A DNA stretch of 64,000 nt from the human T2T-CHM13v2.0 reference genome, Homo sapiens (GCF_009914755.1 NC_060929.1), one strand, 5' to 3'; positions 49,031 through 63,600 are shown, counted from the stretch's first letter. The notes: generated from the sequence alone by a model not told the origin. A program made the numbers and translations.

Positions 49031-52000
49031 AGCCTTCAGAATTGGTCAGTAATTATTTGACCGCTTGTTTTCTTTTTATTCATCAAATGTGTCACTTTTG
49101 GTTCCTTCTAGTACCCAGGTAATGGGTGGCCAAGATTTTTTTCCCACATCCTGAGGTATTGTAGACCCACCACACCCATGACAATCCACCCAGCCCAGTC
49201 CAAGCCCTTTCCGAGATGCCTGAGGTCCCATTTTCTGACCTCTGCTCACCCTCAGGGGTATCCTGTAAACCCCTGGCAATAGTCTGACCCCTGTAATCTC
49301 CACTCCTCAGGTCATTGGCCCCTCACCCCATTCCCCTTCAGCAACCTCCATCCCAGCCTCTGCTCCCATATGGCCTTCCTGTGTCCTCTGGACTCTAGAG
49401 CAGGAAAATCCCGAATGTCCTGGAAGTTTTCACAGACCCTCCCTTCACCTCCTGCCCTGATCTGGCCCAGGATGCTGCTCCTGGAAGTCCTCGGTAGGGG
49501 TTGTTTCTTCTCATGGACCACACTAAGGTGGGTTTGGCAGATGGGCAGGACAGCAGCAGTCACAGATCATCTACTTACTCCCTGTGCTCCAGCTCCTTGT
49601 TTGACCCCCAGTCCAGCCCTGCTCTATCTTCTAGAGCTGGTTATGGTGATCCTCCCTAAAATGGAGTGCTGATAGTCTTTGGGGTTTCATGTGGCTCCTA
49701 AGTCAGCCATGGATAGATCTTGCCCTGATCTGTGCAGCTAATCATGTGGCTTCTTTCCCAGGTGTGGATGGGCCACTGGGCTGGAGTTCGGTGACATGAG
49801 TGAAGAAATGACACAGCTCAGAAGGAGATGAATGCTTCCAAACTTTATCATGACACACGTGATGACTTGGCACCAGCTTATGGGGCTTCTCCCAGCCCAG
49901 GCACCATCAGCCTCCAAGGATGGCCCAGAACTTTAGGATCCTGTTCCTGCTCTCTTCTTCCAGGCCATCACCTCTGTGTCCCAGCTCTCCCCTTCCATGA
50001 CTTTTACCCACACACATCCCATACAACACAGCCTCAGGATGGTCCAGCACTCGTGCCACTCTCCCTGCCATGCTGGCCATTGGGCCTCTACTCTCCCTCA
50101 TCCTTTTATTTCCATTCCTGTCCAGCCCCAACTCTCTGATGCCCATGCCCCCAACTTCCTATCAATCACTTTTGTCAGTGCCCTGGGTTTTCCGTCTGTG
50201 CTGATGCCCCCGTGAATGGGGCTTAATCTTCCACTCCATTGTCCCCAGCCCGGGACCAGCCTGGGCTGCTGAGAAGAGGTGGGCATGGGTAGTTATAGCA
50301 GGGTGGGCTGTGTGCTCTGACAGAAAGACTCCAAGGGGTTTGGAGGCATAGGGCACAGGGGCTCCTAGCCCAGGGCTGCTCTGAGTCCAAGTTCAACACA
50401 GAACAGAGAAGAAAATGACTGTCCTGTGGCCTGGATGTTCCTTTTGGACCACAGCTGTGAACCACATGGGCACTAGCTCCAGCCATGATAGACTCTTACT
50501 TGAGTCCATTTTTACCGCCAAATATCGCACCTTTTCTCTTCCATTCACAGCAAAATTCCCTGATGGAGCCATCTACACTCACTATTCCTACTTCTCCACC
50601 TCATGGCCTGTCCTCCAAGACGTGACTTGTCAAGGTCACTAACACCACCATGTTGCCAAATCCAGGGTCCACGTCTTTGTTCTCATCTTGCTTTTTTGCC
50701 GGGCAGCCTTCCACTCAGCTGCAGGGAAACAGCTTCCTGAGTGTTTTCTTCTCTTGCTTCCATGACAGCACACACCCCAGGCTTTCCTGCCACCTCTCCA
50801 GATGCTCCTTTGTTCTCTCCTTTGCTGCTTCTCCTCAGGAGCTGTCCTGCCTCTAAGTGCTGGAATGCTCTGGGGCTGAGTCCTCAGAGCACAATTTACA
50901 CATGCTTCTCGGTCCCCTCTCCCAGCCTCACAGGTGCAAGTACTGTCTACCTGCCAATGACAACTAAATTCTTATTTCCCACCCTGAGCTCTCTCTGGAG
51001 CTTCAGACTCCTATATCCACCTTTCCTCTTGGTAACTCACACCGGATATCAAGTGGTCTCTCCAGTGAACTACAGCCCTATGGACATCGGTGCAGATGCG
51101 CTTTCCTGGCATCCTTCCCACACTTCCTGCTCTGGTACGCAGATACTCCTAGTGTGAAAGCAACTGGTAGAACCCTGCATCATTGCCAAAGTGATTGGTC
51201 GTCTAAATTAAACAAAAGTTCAGGACTTTTGTTTAATGGCTTGACAGCAGAAACTTCTGCTGGTGGATGTCAGGACTGGAACCAGTGCAGCCATTTTGCC
51301 TTATTGAGGGATGCCAGACAGAGGACAAACCAACTGATGGAGAAGCGCTGAGCCAGCCATGCCAGAACCTGTACCACCTCTGGGCTTTTCAGTCACTGGA
51401 GTCTATGCAGTCCAACTGCAATCCTCCAGTTCACCCTTGCCTCTATCTTCTCATACCTCACATCCCGCCCACCTGTCAGCAGCTCCTTCCAGCTCTGTTT
51501 TAACGACAAATGCAGAGTCCATGGGTGACTGGCTGCTCTGCAGCTGCCCCCAGCTACCTGCCCTGCCATGGCAGGTGCCTCACTGGTCACCCCACTCCTA
51601 CTCTTGTCTCCCTGCTTCCCACTCCACCACAGCAGCCAGGCTCATCTTTGAAAAACCTAAATGAGATCATGTCACTAGCCTGCCTGAAACTCTCCAACTT
51701 GGAAGAGAATCCAGAGTACTTATCAGGTCCACAAAGCCACGAGCGATCCAGCCCTGTCTACCTTTCTGGCTTATCCTCTCCATGGCCCCCACCCACTCAT
51801 ACTGGCCTCCTCTTCCTCGGAAACTCCCTGGTCACTCCCACCGCAGGCTCTGTCCCTGTTCCACTGCACCCAAGTTCTTCCTATGCCATTCAGGTCTGAG
51901 TTCAGATGTCCTCTCCTCAGGGAGGCCTGGCCTGTGGCCCAATCTCATGGCGCCCACCCAAACTCTGTCGCAGTCCCTTGATGGATGAATACCACTTATC

Positions 52001-52844
52001 ACTATGGGACATTACCTTGTGTGTGCATGTGTTCACTTTTTAATTGTCTGTCTCTCTCCCTCCCTTGGTAACTCCTTGTTGGCAGGCCCAGCCCTGTTCC
52101 TTACTATGTCCTAGGTCCTAGCATTGCATTTGGACAGAATGTGAATTCCAGCAATGTTCGTGGCCATCATAGAAGCAGAAGGTGGTTGTGGCCTCGCTGG
52201 TGTGGGACTTTCTGCCCCACTGCACTGGAAGCCAGAGTTTTCCTCCAGGCCTCTGGGCAGAATAGAGGTGCAGATGCAGAGGGTTCAGGGGAGAATCTGT
52301 GAGGCTTTCAGAGACTGTGGCTCCAGAGAGTAGTTCACACCAGTTCCCAGATGTTCTATGGAAAAAGCATCAGAGAAAAGGGGCCTGAGAAACCTCTGTG
52401 GCTGCAGGCATGGGAAGCCCCAACTCAGAGAGGCCCTGGGGCAGGGTGTGTGTGGGGAGATCTCAAGTCATCCTGAGGCCTTTGGTCATACATTCCACAT
52501 CTGCTGGGGTCTGGAGTTCCTGATGCCATAGTGACCACCCTGACCACTATGGGGTGGGTGATACCATCTGGGACAAAGTGGGCCATGGCAGGCCTCAGGT
52601 CAGACCTGGGACTCTGCTGGACCAAGGCTACTCAGGTCTGGGCTGGGGGCGGTGGGGCTGCTGTACACATTTCCTGGCACACGCTTCCTTTCTCCCATTT
52701 GATGAGCAAATGTTGTCATTGGCGCCTTGGCCACAGTTTCCTGCCTTCTTCTGAGATCAGAAGCCATAGTCACAGTCTCAGTGACTGCCCCACAAGGCTG
52801 GTCTTGGCTGAGAGTCAGCCAGACTACTTTAGAGACAGGGCCAG

Positions 52845-52915
52845 GCATGTGACGTCAGCCCACGCTCCCCCACCCCCACCCCAGCCCTTCCCAAGGTGGG
52901 CACTCTGTGATTCAG
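52845..52915. promoter_or_regulatory. Full CRE plus CACCC boxes
   Basis: TGACGTCA at 52850-52857; CCCCCACCCCCACCCC at 52867-52882; TGATTCA at 52908. Confidence 0.45.
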
Positions 52916-53371
52916 GGGACACATTCAGTGGCAGCCAGTTGGATGTCTTGGGGAGGGTCAGCTCTGGCCCTGGATGGACAGGATAGCTCTGGGTAGACCT
53001 GCACTCACCACAGGTATGATGAGCACCCTTCGGGCTCTGGGGAACCCCACTGAACCCGTGGCCAAGGGTACAGATGTAGGTACTGGGGGCCATCTGTGGA
53101 CCAACATCCCTGGACTGTGATCTTCACCCAAGCTCTCCACAACCCAGGCTGGACATGCCTCATGCACACAGCCCTGCCCTCCTGAAGCCATGATTGGCCT
53201 GTGGCTTTCTGCAGAGCCACTCTCTCTTTCACTTTTCATGCTGCTTCCTCTGCCTGAATACCTTTCCCCACTGTCTTCACTCATGGGACACTCCTCCTGG
53301 AAGCCCTCCATAAACTCCCTGCCATCAGGGAGGGCACCCCTCTATGCTCTCAAAGGCCCTGGACAGTGTAG

Positions 53372-53681
<310 letters not shown>

Positions 53682-53699
53682 AACAGTGTAGTTCCCAAT

Positions 53700-54015
53700 G
53701 AGGCTGCAAATGATCTCCCCAAGTGCTGCCTTGACTACTTTATTTAACATTGCTATCCCTCCTTCTTCTTCTTTCAAGTATCTTTGGTTCCCTTATTCTG
53801 CTCTACTTTTTTCCAAAGCATTTATCAGCTTCTAACATCCCATACATTTTCTTACTAAAATCACATGTAGTATTAGTATTGTCTCTCTTTCTCCTTGCTG
53901 AACTTTACAAGGACAGGGATCTTTGGCTGTTTTCTTTACTTATACATCTTAAGCACTTAGAACAGTGTCTGGCAACTAGGAGGCGGTCAATAAATATTAG
54001 TGGAATTAATGAACC
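53700..54015 (+). mobile_element. L2 3' end
   Basis: AGCACTTAGAACAGTGTCTGGCA...GGTCAATAAATATT...GAATTAATGAA. Confidence 0.65.
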
Positions 54016-54953
54016 ATAGCTGTCTCTTTACTTGTTGTTAAGCTTCAAGGGTAGGGCCTAAAGATGAGCCACCTCTGTGTACTCAGCACTCAGTGCAGGA
54101 TTGTGGGCAGAGCAGGCATCTGTAAACTAAAGCCCTTGGCCTGCCATTCAAGGCTCCTATCATCTACAACCAAGCTTTCTTTCTAGCCTCATTCAGCAGA
54201 GTACAGCGGGAAGAAGTTCTGGCTAAACAGTTGGCCAGCTGCTTTGCCCTGTTCACTGTGGCTCACTCCAGGCTGCCCACTCTGCCAACACCTTTATCAC
54301 TACATGAATGGGACAGGCTCTGCTAAAATCTCCTGCCAATGATCAGTGGTCACTTGTACCTGGGAGTGAATAATTCTAACATCTGAGCATGAGTGGGCAT
54401 CAGTATGAGTTGTGTGTGACCATGGATACTGCTCTGGGGACACTCAGAAATAATTGAGGGATGGTGGAGGGGCATGGACGTGTGTGGGTCAGAGCAATTC
54501 CTGTAATGTTCCTATTGCTATAATTACATTTGAAGAGGGGTGAGTTACAGAATACAAATCAATGGGGGAAAGGATCAATTCTTCACTAATAGTGATGGGG
54601 AAAATGGCTTTTTAGGAACAAAACAAACAAAACAAAAGCTGGTTGAGATCCCTGCCTCATGCTTAATCACAACAAAATTAATTCCAGCTTGATTAAAAGC
54701 TAAATTAAAAAAAAAAAGCCCAACAACTAGAAGAAAAGTTTAAATACTTATCCTCTCATTGAATGGTAGAAGAGTTTCTAAATAAAAATCAATGAAAGAA
54801 TTTATCCAGGAGAAATCAATGTATGTGTCCATATAATGAATGCCTGTTCATGAATGATTGCAGCTTTAGGTGTAGCGGCCCTAAATTGGAAACATCCCAA
54901 ATTTCCACCAACAGAAAAATGGATAAACAAATTGAGGTATAGCCATACAATGA

Positions 54954-55315
<362 letters not shown>

Positions 55316-55659
55316 TAGATAGATACGTGTACAACTCAGTGAATTTTTGCATATGCGTATATACTTGTGTAAGCAACACTCAATCAGGATCTAGAACATT
55401 TTCAGTACTCCAGAGGTTTCCCTCATACTCCCTCTTACTCAATATCCTCCCAAAAGAAACCAGAGAAAGGCCAAAAGGCTAGTAGATGTGCTCATATAAA
55501 TTTCACTTTTATGTGTGAAAATCATCATGAATTATATTAACAAGTAAGTATCAGGCTGGAGAAAATATTTTCCACAAATATGACAAAACATTTCTCACCT
55601 TAATATGTGAGAAGCTCTTCTAAGAAAAACTCTTGAGGCCTCAATGGAAAAATGGGCAA

Positions 55660-55780
55660 AGCAAAGGAAAAGGGAAAAGGAAAGGAAAAGGAAAAAGGGA
55701 AAGGAAAGGAAAGGAAAAGAAGGAAAAAAGGGAGAGAGGGAGGGAAGAAGAGAAAGAAGAAGGAAGGAAGAAAAGAAGAT
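55660..55780. repeat. (GGAAA)/(GAAG)-rich polypurine tract
   Basis: Directly visible. Confidence 0.85.
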
Positions 55781-56680
55781 ATTCAATCACTTTTAGTCAA
55801 CTAGCATTTATGATGGGACTACTGTCTAGGCATTGACTAGATGCTGGGATTATAAGAGGAAATAAGGCACAGTGCTCACAGTGCCATGAGAAAGATAAGC
55901 AAATGACAATTAAACGAGAAGGATAAAGTCTACAATCCACCTGGTAAGCACAGGTGCTATCTGAGCCCAGAGCAGTTATCTGACCCAGACATGGAGGTTT
56001 CCTGGAGGGAGCAGTGTCTGAGCTATGGTTTGAAGAGAAAGAGGTGGTACGAAGGCAGGAGAGGAGGAGGCCAGCATTCCAGAGTGAAAGAAAAACTTGC
56101 GTAAAGGCCTGGGAAGGAGAGAAAGGAGCATGAGTTGTTCAGGCCGGGTGAACCCAGGGTTCAGGGGCACAGGAGTGATGGGAGATAAGGCTGGAGGAAA
56201 AAGGGGCCATGACCTTGGACACAAGGCCATAGAGAAACTGAAGAATTTTGAGAAGCAGGGGAGTGAGATGCCTGGAGTTAAATTTAAGAAGACCACATCT
56301 GGCTCTGGGTGGGAGAGAGATTGACAGAGCAGGACTGGAGGGCAGGATTCTAGTGAGAAGCCTGTAGTAGACAATGAGTAAGAAGCCATGGGGTTGGGGG
56401 CAGGGGACAGGGCCAGGAAGAGTCTTCCCAACAGGATTGAGAGAGTGCTTGAAGGTAGAGGTGAGGTGAGCAGGTGATGTGAGGGTGAGGCGCAGGGGAG
56501 GTGAGGATGACCATGTGGCTTGAGTTTCTGGGTGGATGATGGTGGTAGTCACTGGGTGAGAAATGCTTTGGGAAGAGAGGGCTCAACTAGAGAAAGATGA
56601 TCCAGCTTAGAATGTGGTAAGCTGGAGGTCGGGCACAACCCAGGGGAGACACTGGCCTAGAGGTGTCATGGAGCTGTGGA
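55780..56680 (-). mobile_element. L2 fragment
   Basis: Antisense L2 3' region (CATTTATGATG..ACTACTGTCTAGGCATTG...) followed by purine-rich L2 body. Confidence 0.55.
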
Positions 56681-57245
56681 ATGCTGGCTGTCCTGGTCTA
56701 AGTGGTAGAGTTCTAAGACTGTTTTGGAGTCAGACAGAGGCAGAGGAATAAGTTACAAAGTCTAGAAGGAGCTGTCAGGAGGATAACCAGAAAAACCAAT
56801 AAGGCTGCTGCTGCAACAGGTTAAGGATTCTGAAACCATTTAGTGAAATCCCTGGAGTAGATACTCACTGAAATTGAACCCTCATGTGCTTCAACTATAG
56901 CAAGGACCTTAAGCAGTGCTCCTTTCAAAGCAGCCTCCTTGGGTAGTGGGCTCACAGCCCACACTGGAGGAGTGAAAAAGGAAATATGAGAGTAGGAGAG
57001 AACAGGATTTCTACCCAAACTCCTATCCCCCTCATTGTTGCTTGTGGTCCCTGGGCTCTGCTCCTTATAACTTTCCTTAGTTCCCAAGAAGTCAAAGAAA
57101 AATCGTAAGATGACAATTACATTAAAGGAAAATGTTAGGGGATATTACCCAGTTGTAATTTCCTGGTAAATTGTTATCCACAAGGCTTCCCCAATTCCCA
57201 TGGAATGTGATGTATCTGAGACTTCCAGGGAGGGGTCAGAAACAG

Positions 57246-57277
<32 letters not shown>

Positions 57278-58724
57278 AAACTTTTGAGTTTCAAAAGCCC
57301 AAACTCTTAAGGAATTTGGGACACAGGGAATGAATGCAAAATGATTTTGAGCTAGGCCTCTAGCCCAACTAGACAAAGGTTCCCTAGACTGGTAGGAGGG
57401 AGTATTTGGGGCGATGCCAGCCAGAGGGAAAGCGAAGGTCCCTAGGAAAAGTCCTGTCCCTCCCCCTTCTTGGCCAGAAGGATTTAAAGGATCTCGGTGT
57501 GGAAGGGTACCCTCTTCTCAGGTGGAGCTAGAGGTGGGTGAGACCACACAGTGGCCAATCTAGGTTGCTGGGCCAGAGACTCTCACAGAGATTACTGTGA
57601 ACCTCCAGCTTGGCCCAGGAGCAACAGGATGGCTAGGGGCAACAGAGCCATCCAACCTCTTCCCCTCATGGCGGGGTGTCTGTGACCTGAGAGAGGGTCA
57701 GATGGAAGAAGCCTGGGTGAGGAATGAGGGAAGATTTTGCAATGACATATGAAAACCAACATCTGAAGGCCCTCATTGATTCATGATTACGTGGTTTGTT
57801 GTTGTCCATGCCTCTCTCTTCTCTGATGGCTCCAAAATACCCAGAATGTAAATACAACCCAGGAAATGGGAGAAGACCCAGATGAATTTATCAAGTATCA
57901 CAGAGGCTTGCAATGGAGAATGCATTTAGTCACAAAAATAAACTAAAAGGCTTCATTTACAGTAATATACTGGTCTAGGTTATTTGAATTGAAAAAAGGC
58001 ATGAATTACTTGATAAGATAGTCAAGAAGGACTAGAGTACAACCTAGGGGTAGAGTAAAAACTGAAGGGGAGAAAAAAGGGAAAACAAAATTCTGAAGCC
58101 ACTTCTGCTCAGAGTATTTACCAGTCCTGCAAATCTTGACTTCAGTTCTGATGGTCTTACAGAGTGAGGAGTCAGAAGTCAAAGTGCAAGCCTGCCTGAG
58201 GTAGGGAGTCTAATAGGGCACACTTTCCTCACTAGCCTGTGGCCCTAGAGGCCTGCACTTTCAGAATAAGAATGAAACAGAAATAAATCTGGCAGGAGCT
58301 AATGCAGTCACCTTCATCTTAGACCTCAATTATCACCATAAATAATTTTTCAAGGACTTTGAAACATGCACAGTAAAAATTAACCAGGCATATGAGAAAA
58401 CAAAGCACTGTGAATGAGCACCAGAAGAAACAGAACCACAAAGACTTTAGATATTTCAATTATCAGACATAGATTATAAAACAACTATGTTTGTTAAGAT
58501 TCAAAGAAACAGAAGAGAAGCTTGAAAATATCTGAAGGAAATAGGAAACTATAAAAAGTAATCTAGCAGTTTTGAATTAAAAAATAAAGTAGAACTTGTA
58601 GCATTTTAAAAACACAACACAAATAAAAAACTCAATGGAAAGGTTTATAGCATACTAGATTCAGCTGAAGAGAGACTTAGTAAACTGTAAAACAGGTAAG
58701 AGGGCATTATCCAGATTATAGCAC

Positions 58725-58862
58725 AGAGAGAAGAAAGAAAGACAGAAAAAAGAGAAAAAGAAGAAAGAAAGAAGAAAGAAAAAGAAAGAAGGAAAGAAAG
58801 AAAGAGAGAGAAGGAGGGAGGGAGGGAGGGAGGGAAGAAGGAAGGAAGGAAGGAAGGAAAAA
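58725..58862. repeat. (GAAA)n-(GGGA)5-(GGAA)5 polypurine tract
   Basis: Directly visible. Confidence 0.9.
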
Positions 58863-60442
58863 ATGGAAATTAGGATATATGAGGGATCAAATAAAAAGAA
58901 CTAACCTATATTTAATCAGGATTCCAGATGAAGCAGAAAGAATGAAACAGAGGAAATATTTAGAGACAAAACAGATTTTATTTTTCCAAAACTGATGTAA
59001 AGGCATCAACTGTCACACTTAAGAAACTTATTGAAACCCAAAAAGAGTAAATAATAATAAATCTACATTAAGACACATTATAGGTATACTGTAGATCATA
59101 AACGACAAATAGGCAATCTTAAAAAGAAGTCAGAAAAGGAATATATTGACTTGAAAGGAGCAGGAATTAGATTGACAGCTGACTTTTCAATAGCAATAAT
59201 AAAGCCAGGAGGCAGGGGAATCGTTTATGGAATGTGCCAAAGGAAATAACTGCCTGCCTAGAATTTTATATTCAAGAAATAAAAACTGAGAGATTTCGTA
59301 ACCATTTAGTTCTGACTAAAGGAAATTCTAAAAGATACACTCAAGGCGTTAGGAAAGTAATTCCACATAGAATGTTTGAGATGAAAGAAGAGCAGAGAAA
59401 GTATAATCATGGAGGGGGGGAATAGAACTAAGCAAACACAAACTGCATAAAACAGAAATAATAATCTCTTATGGAGTTAAAATATAGCAGGAAAATACAC
59501 AAAAATGAAAACATATAAGTTGGGAAATAGGTAAATGATATTAAAATGTTCCAAACTATTTCTCAAGAGGAAAATAATAATTAACTTTAGACCTTGATAA
59601 GTTAAGAATGTTATAATTTCTAGGGTAATCACTAAAAGAATTGAAACACAGTGTATAACTTCCAGTCTAGTAGAGGGGTAAAAAAGATTTAAAAAAGAAA
59701 CTAATCCAAAAGAGCAAAACCAAACCAAAACAAACAAAACAAACAAACAAAAAAACAAAGAAAAAGAGCAGGAAAGACAAATGAAAATCACTGTATAAGA
59801 TGATAAATTTATCCAAAATATAACAATAATTACATTAGATTGAAAAACAAACATTTTGGGTAAAAGATAACAATTGGGTTAAAAAGCAAAACTCAATTAT
59901 ATGTTGCTTACAAGAGACACACCTGAAACATGAGAAAAGTTGAGGTAAGACTAGAGGAAGATAGATATACCATGCAAGCACTTACCAAAAGAAAGTAAGT
60001 GGAGCCATAGAAATATAAGACAAAATAGACTTTAAGGCAAACAGCTTTTCTAGAAGCAAAAAACTCAATGACCAGGAATTGTTCAATTCAAGAAGATACA
60101 ATAATTTACGATTTGTATGTATAACCTCAAAATATATAAAGGAAAATTGACAGAACTACAAGGATAATTAGGCACATTTACAATCATAGTGGAAGATTTT
60201 TACATGCTACTCTGTGACTGACAGAATATACATATCAAAAATCCAGTAAGGACACCAAACTTTAAAAACAGTTTGGTTTTTAAAGAAAACCTGACCAAAT
60301 AAACATGGATAAAATGCTGTATCCAATAACTAAAGAATACAGATTCTTCTCAACTATACATGGGACATTTATAAAAATTGACATTATACTAGACAATAAA
60401 GTAAATCTTAATAAATTTCAAACCATGACATCATCTGTAGAT

Positions 60443-60743
60443 CCACTGTCCAATACAGTAGCCACTAGGCACAGGCTGAACACTTGAAATGTGGCTAGTC
60501 CTAATTAAGATGTATCAACACTGTATTTAAAGACATTGTCAAAAAAGAAATGTAAAATATCAGTAATTTTTTATATTCATTGCATGCTGAAATGATATAG
60601 TATTTGGATATACTATATTGTGTCAAATAAAATATATTATTACAATTAATTTCCACCTGCTTCTTTTTACTTTCCCAATATAGCTACCAGAAAATTTAAA
60701 ATTACATATGAGGCTTGCATTATATTTCTTTTAAATAGCACTG
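60443..60743 (-). mobile_element. MER33-like hAT-Charlie DNA transposon
   Basis: CTGTCCAATACAGTAGCCACTAG...CACTTGAAATGTGGCTAGT...AAATTTAAAATTACATATG. Confidence 0.75.
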
Positions 60744-60999
60744 ATATAGAGTATATTCTCTGACCATAATGCAACTAAATAGAAATCAGTGGCAAAACAG
60801 ACAAATGAAAAAAAAAAAGAAAAAAAAAACAAGAAAACTAGAAATGTCTAAATACTTAGGCATTAAGAAACATTTCAAAAATAACTCGTGCGTCAAAGAA
60901 GAAATCAAAATGTTTTATAAAACATTTAAACTGAATAAAAAAGTATAACATCAAGGTCTGTGGCATGTTGCTAAAGCAATACACTGAGCAAAGTTTAGA

Positions 61000-61192
61000 A
61001 CAAAATGTGGCAAAATCCAGCCCACAACCCGATTTTATAAATAAACTTTTATTGAGACAAAGTTACTTCTATTTGCTTATTTACTGCCTTTGCTGCTTTT
61101 GCCCTACAACAGCAGAATTGAGTAGTTCAGACAGAGACCTGCCGAGACAAATATATTTACTATCTGACCCTTTACAGAAAAAATGTTTGGTT
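61000..61192 (+). mobile_element. MER58A-like DNA transposon
   Basis: ...AAATAAACTTTTATTG...CTACAACAGCAGAATTGAGTAGTT...ATATTTACTATCTGACCCTTTACAGAAAAA. Confidence 0.75.
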
Positions 61193-61303
61193 TAGTACAT
61201 ACATTAGAAAAAAATACAGCATGAAAAGTAAAAAATTAAGGATCTATGTCAAGAAATATGGCAAAGAACAGCAAAATAAACCCAAATAAAATGTATGAAA
61301 GAA

Positions 61304-61607
61304 GGCTGGGTGCAGTGGCTCATGCCTGTAATCCCAGGACTTTGGGAGGCTGAGGCTGGCGGATCACTTGAGGTCAGGAGTTTTGAGACCAGCCTGGCCA
61401 ACATGGTGAAACCCCATTTCCACTAAAAGTACAAAAATTAGGTGGGTGTGGTGGCACATGCCCGTAGTCCAGCTACTTGGGAGGCTGAGGCAGGAGAATA
61501 GCTTGAACCTAGGAGGCAGAGGTTGAAGTGAACTGAGATTGCGCCACCGCTCACCGGCCTGGGTGGCAGACTGAGACTCTATCTCAAAAAAAAAAAAAAA
61601 AAAAAAA
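61304..61607 (+). mobile_element. AluS (Sz-like) inserted into an old L1
   Basis: Full Alu with A-tail; TSD ATGAAAGAA. Confidence 0.92.
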
Positions 61608-62106
61608 GGATGAAAGAAAGTAATAAATAGTAAAGAGTAATGAAATAGAAAATTATTATTTAATAGAGAGGATTGACAAAGCTCAAAGCTGGTGTTTTGA
61701 AAAGACTAAAACAATTAACAAACTTCTAATGAAATAATAGAGAGAACTAATAACCAATACCAGAACCTTTAATGTTGCAGACATTAAGAAGATGAGCACA
61801 TATTTTGAAAAACCCTATGCTAACACAATTTAGAAAAAATTGACAAATTACTACAAAATTATAACCTCAAAGTTGACTAAAAAATAGAAAACAGTAATAA
61901 CTCTATAACCTATAAAATAATGGATTCAGTAAGGAAACTTTGACCCCCAAATGGCTTCAACAGTGAATTCTACCAAACATTCAAGGAAAATAACTGTTCC
62001 AATCTTATACAAACTGTTCTCGGAAATATAGAATGAGAAAACATTGCTGTGATACCAAAACTGGACAAAGATAATATGAGAATATAATACCACAGGCCAT
62101 TCTTAC

Positions 62107-62233
62107 TAGCGTGACCATATACTTTATCATCCAAACCCAGGCACTTTAAGAGTGTAAATGTTATCAATAATGATGCAGAAAAAGAAGTGTAAACTGGAGT
62201 TGTTCCAGGTAAATTGGGCCATGTAGTCCCCTA
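62107..62233 (-). mobile_element. MER94-like hAT-Blackjack element
   Basis: Degenerate TAGGGTGACCA-type terminal inverted repeats; GTGACCATATACTTTATCATCCAAAC. Confidence 0.6.
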
Positions 62234-63600
62234 AATCTCACTCATAAACATAGATACAAAAATCCTTCAAAGGTATAACACATAACTAGTAATACCAAAA
62301 AAATGGTAATAACATATGATGACCATGTTGGGTCTACCTGGAATATGAATTATTTTAACATTAGAAAATAACTTAATGGGATTCACCATATTAAAAGATT
62401 GAAGAAGAAAACACATATGATCATCTCAATATCTGTGGAAAAAACAATTGATAAAATCAACATCCATTCATGATGAAAGCTCTTAGCAAACCTAGGAATA
62501 CAAGGGAACTTCCTTAGTCTGATAAAGAATATCTGCAATACACTTAGAGGAAACATCATGCTTAATGGTAAAATGATGAAATCTTTCCCTTTGAGATCTA
62601 TAACAAGGATGCCTGATGTTATTACTTTTATTCAGCATTCTACAAGATATCCCAGTCTGTGTAGTAAGGAAAGAAAAATAAATAAAAGATAGAAAACTAA
62701 GAAAAATAGAAGAAAATCTGTCACTACTCATAGGTGATGCATTTGTATATGTAGAAAATTCAAAAGGATCTATAGATAAGATTTTAGTATTGATAAGAGA
62801 GTTTAGCAAGTTTGCTGGATACAAAATCAGTCCATAAAAATCAATTGCATTTCTTTATACCAGAAAAAGACATTTATTAACATGATATTTTAAAAGAAGT
62901 TGCCTTTTTTAATATAATGCCAAAATGCCAAGTTCCTAGGAATAAATATAACAAAAGTTCTCTATTAAGAAAATTTTAAACTTTATTGGGAGACACACAC
63001 ACACACACAAACACACAAAGTGAAAATACTGTGTTTGTTAACTAGAAGTCTCAATATTGTAAAGATGTCATTCTACTGAAATTGATTTATAGAATCAGTG
63101 CAATCTCAAAGTCCCAGCATTTTGGGGTGTGGTGGGAAAAGTTGACAAGCTAGTTTAAAATGAATATGGATAAAGAATAGCCAAGACATTCTTAAAGAAA
63201 AAGAACAAGGTGGGAGAACTTGCTCTTGTAGATACCAAGATGTATTATAAAGTTAGAATATTTAAGACAATGTGATATTAGTTTAAGGAGAGACAAATAG
63301 AGCAATGGAACATAATAGAAAACCCAGAGAAAGACCCACACCCACGTATCTATGAACCCGTGAAATATAAGAGTCAGCAATGCAAATCAGCAGGAAAAGA
63401 AGTCTTTGCAAAAAATATGCTGGAACAAATGAGTATTAATATGGAAACAGCTAAACCAGAGCCCTGCCTCATGCAATTCCAGGTCAATTAAAGACATAGA
63501 TGTGAAAGAAAAGACTATAGAGTTTTTAAGATACTATACAAGAAAATATCATCATCTCAAGGTAGAGAAGGAATTCCTAAACAAAACAAAATCAGTACCT

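Larger units (their letters stand above)
58330..63595 (+). mobile_element. Old, heavily decayed L1M element (ORF1 to ORF2 remnants) interrupted by later insertions
   Basis: A-rich; L1 ORF2-like remnants such as ATATGTTGCTTACAAGAGACACACC, CATATGATCATCTCAATA...GATAAAATCAACATCCATTCATGAT, and EYRFFSTIHGTFIKID in the ORF track. Confidence 0.85.

Noticed and set aside
60254-60285. AT-rich inverted repeat CTTTAAAAAC...GTTTTTAAAG
   Set aside because: Low complexity and inside a decayed L1; likely a local template-switch product.
58330-63595. L1 ORF1/ORF2 as a coding reverse transcriptase/endonuclease
   Set aside because: Riddled with stops, frameshifts and insertions; non-coding relic.
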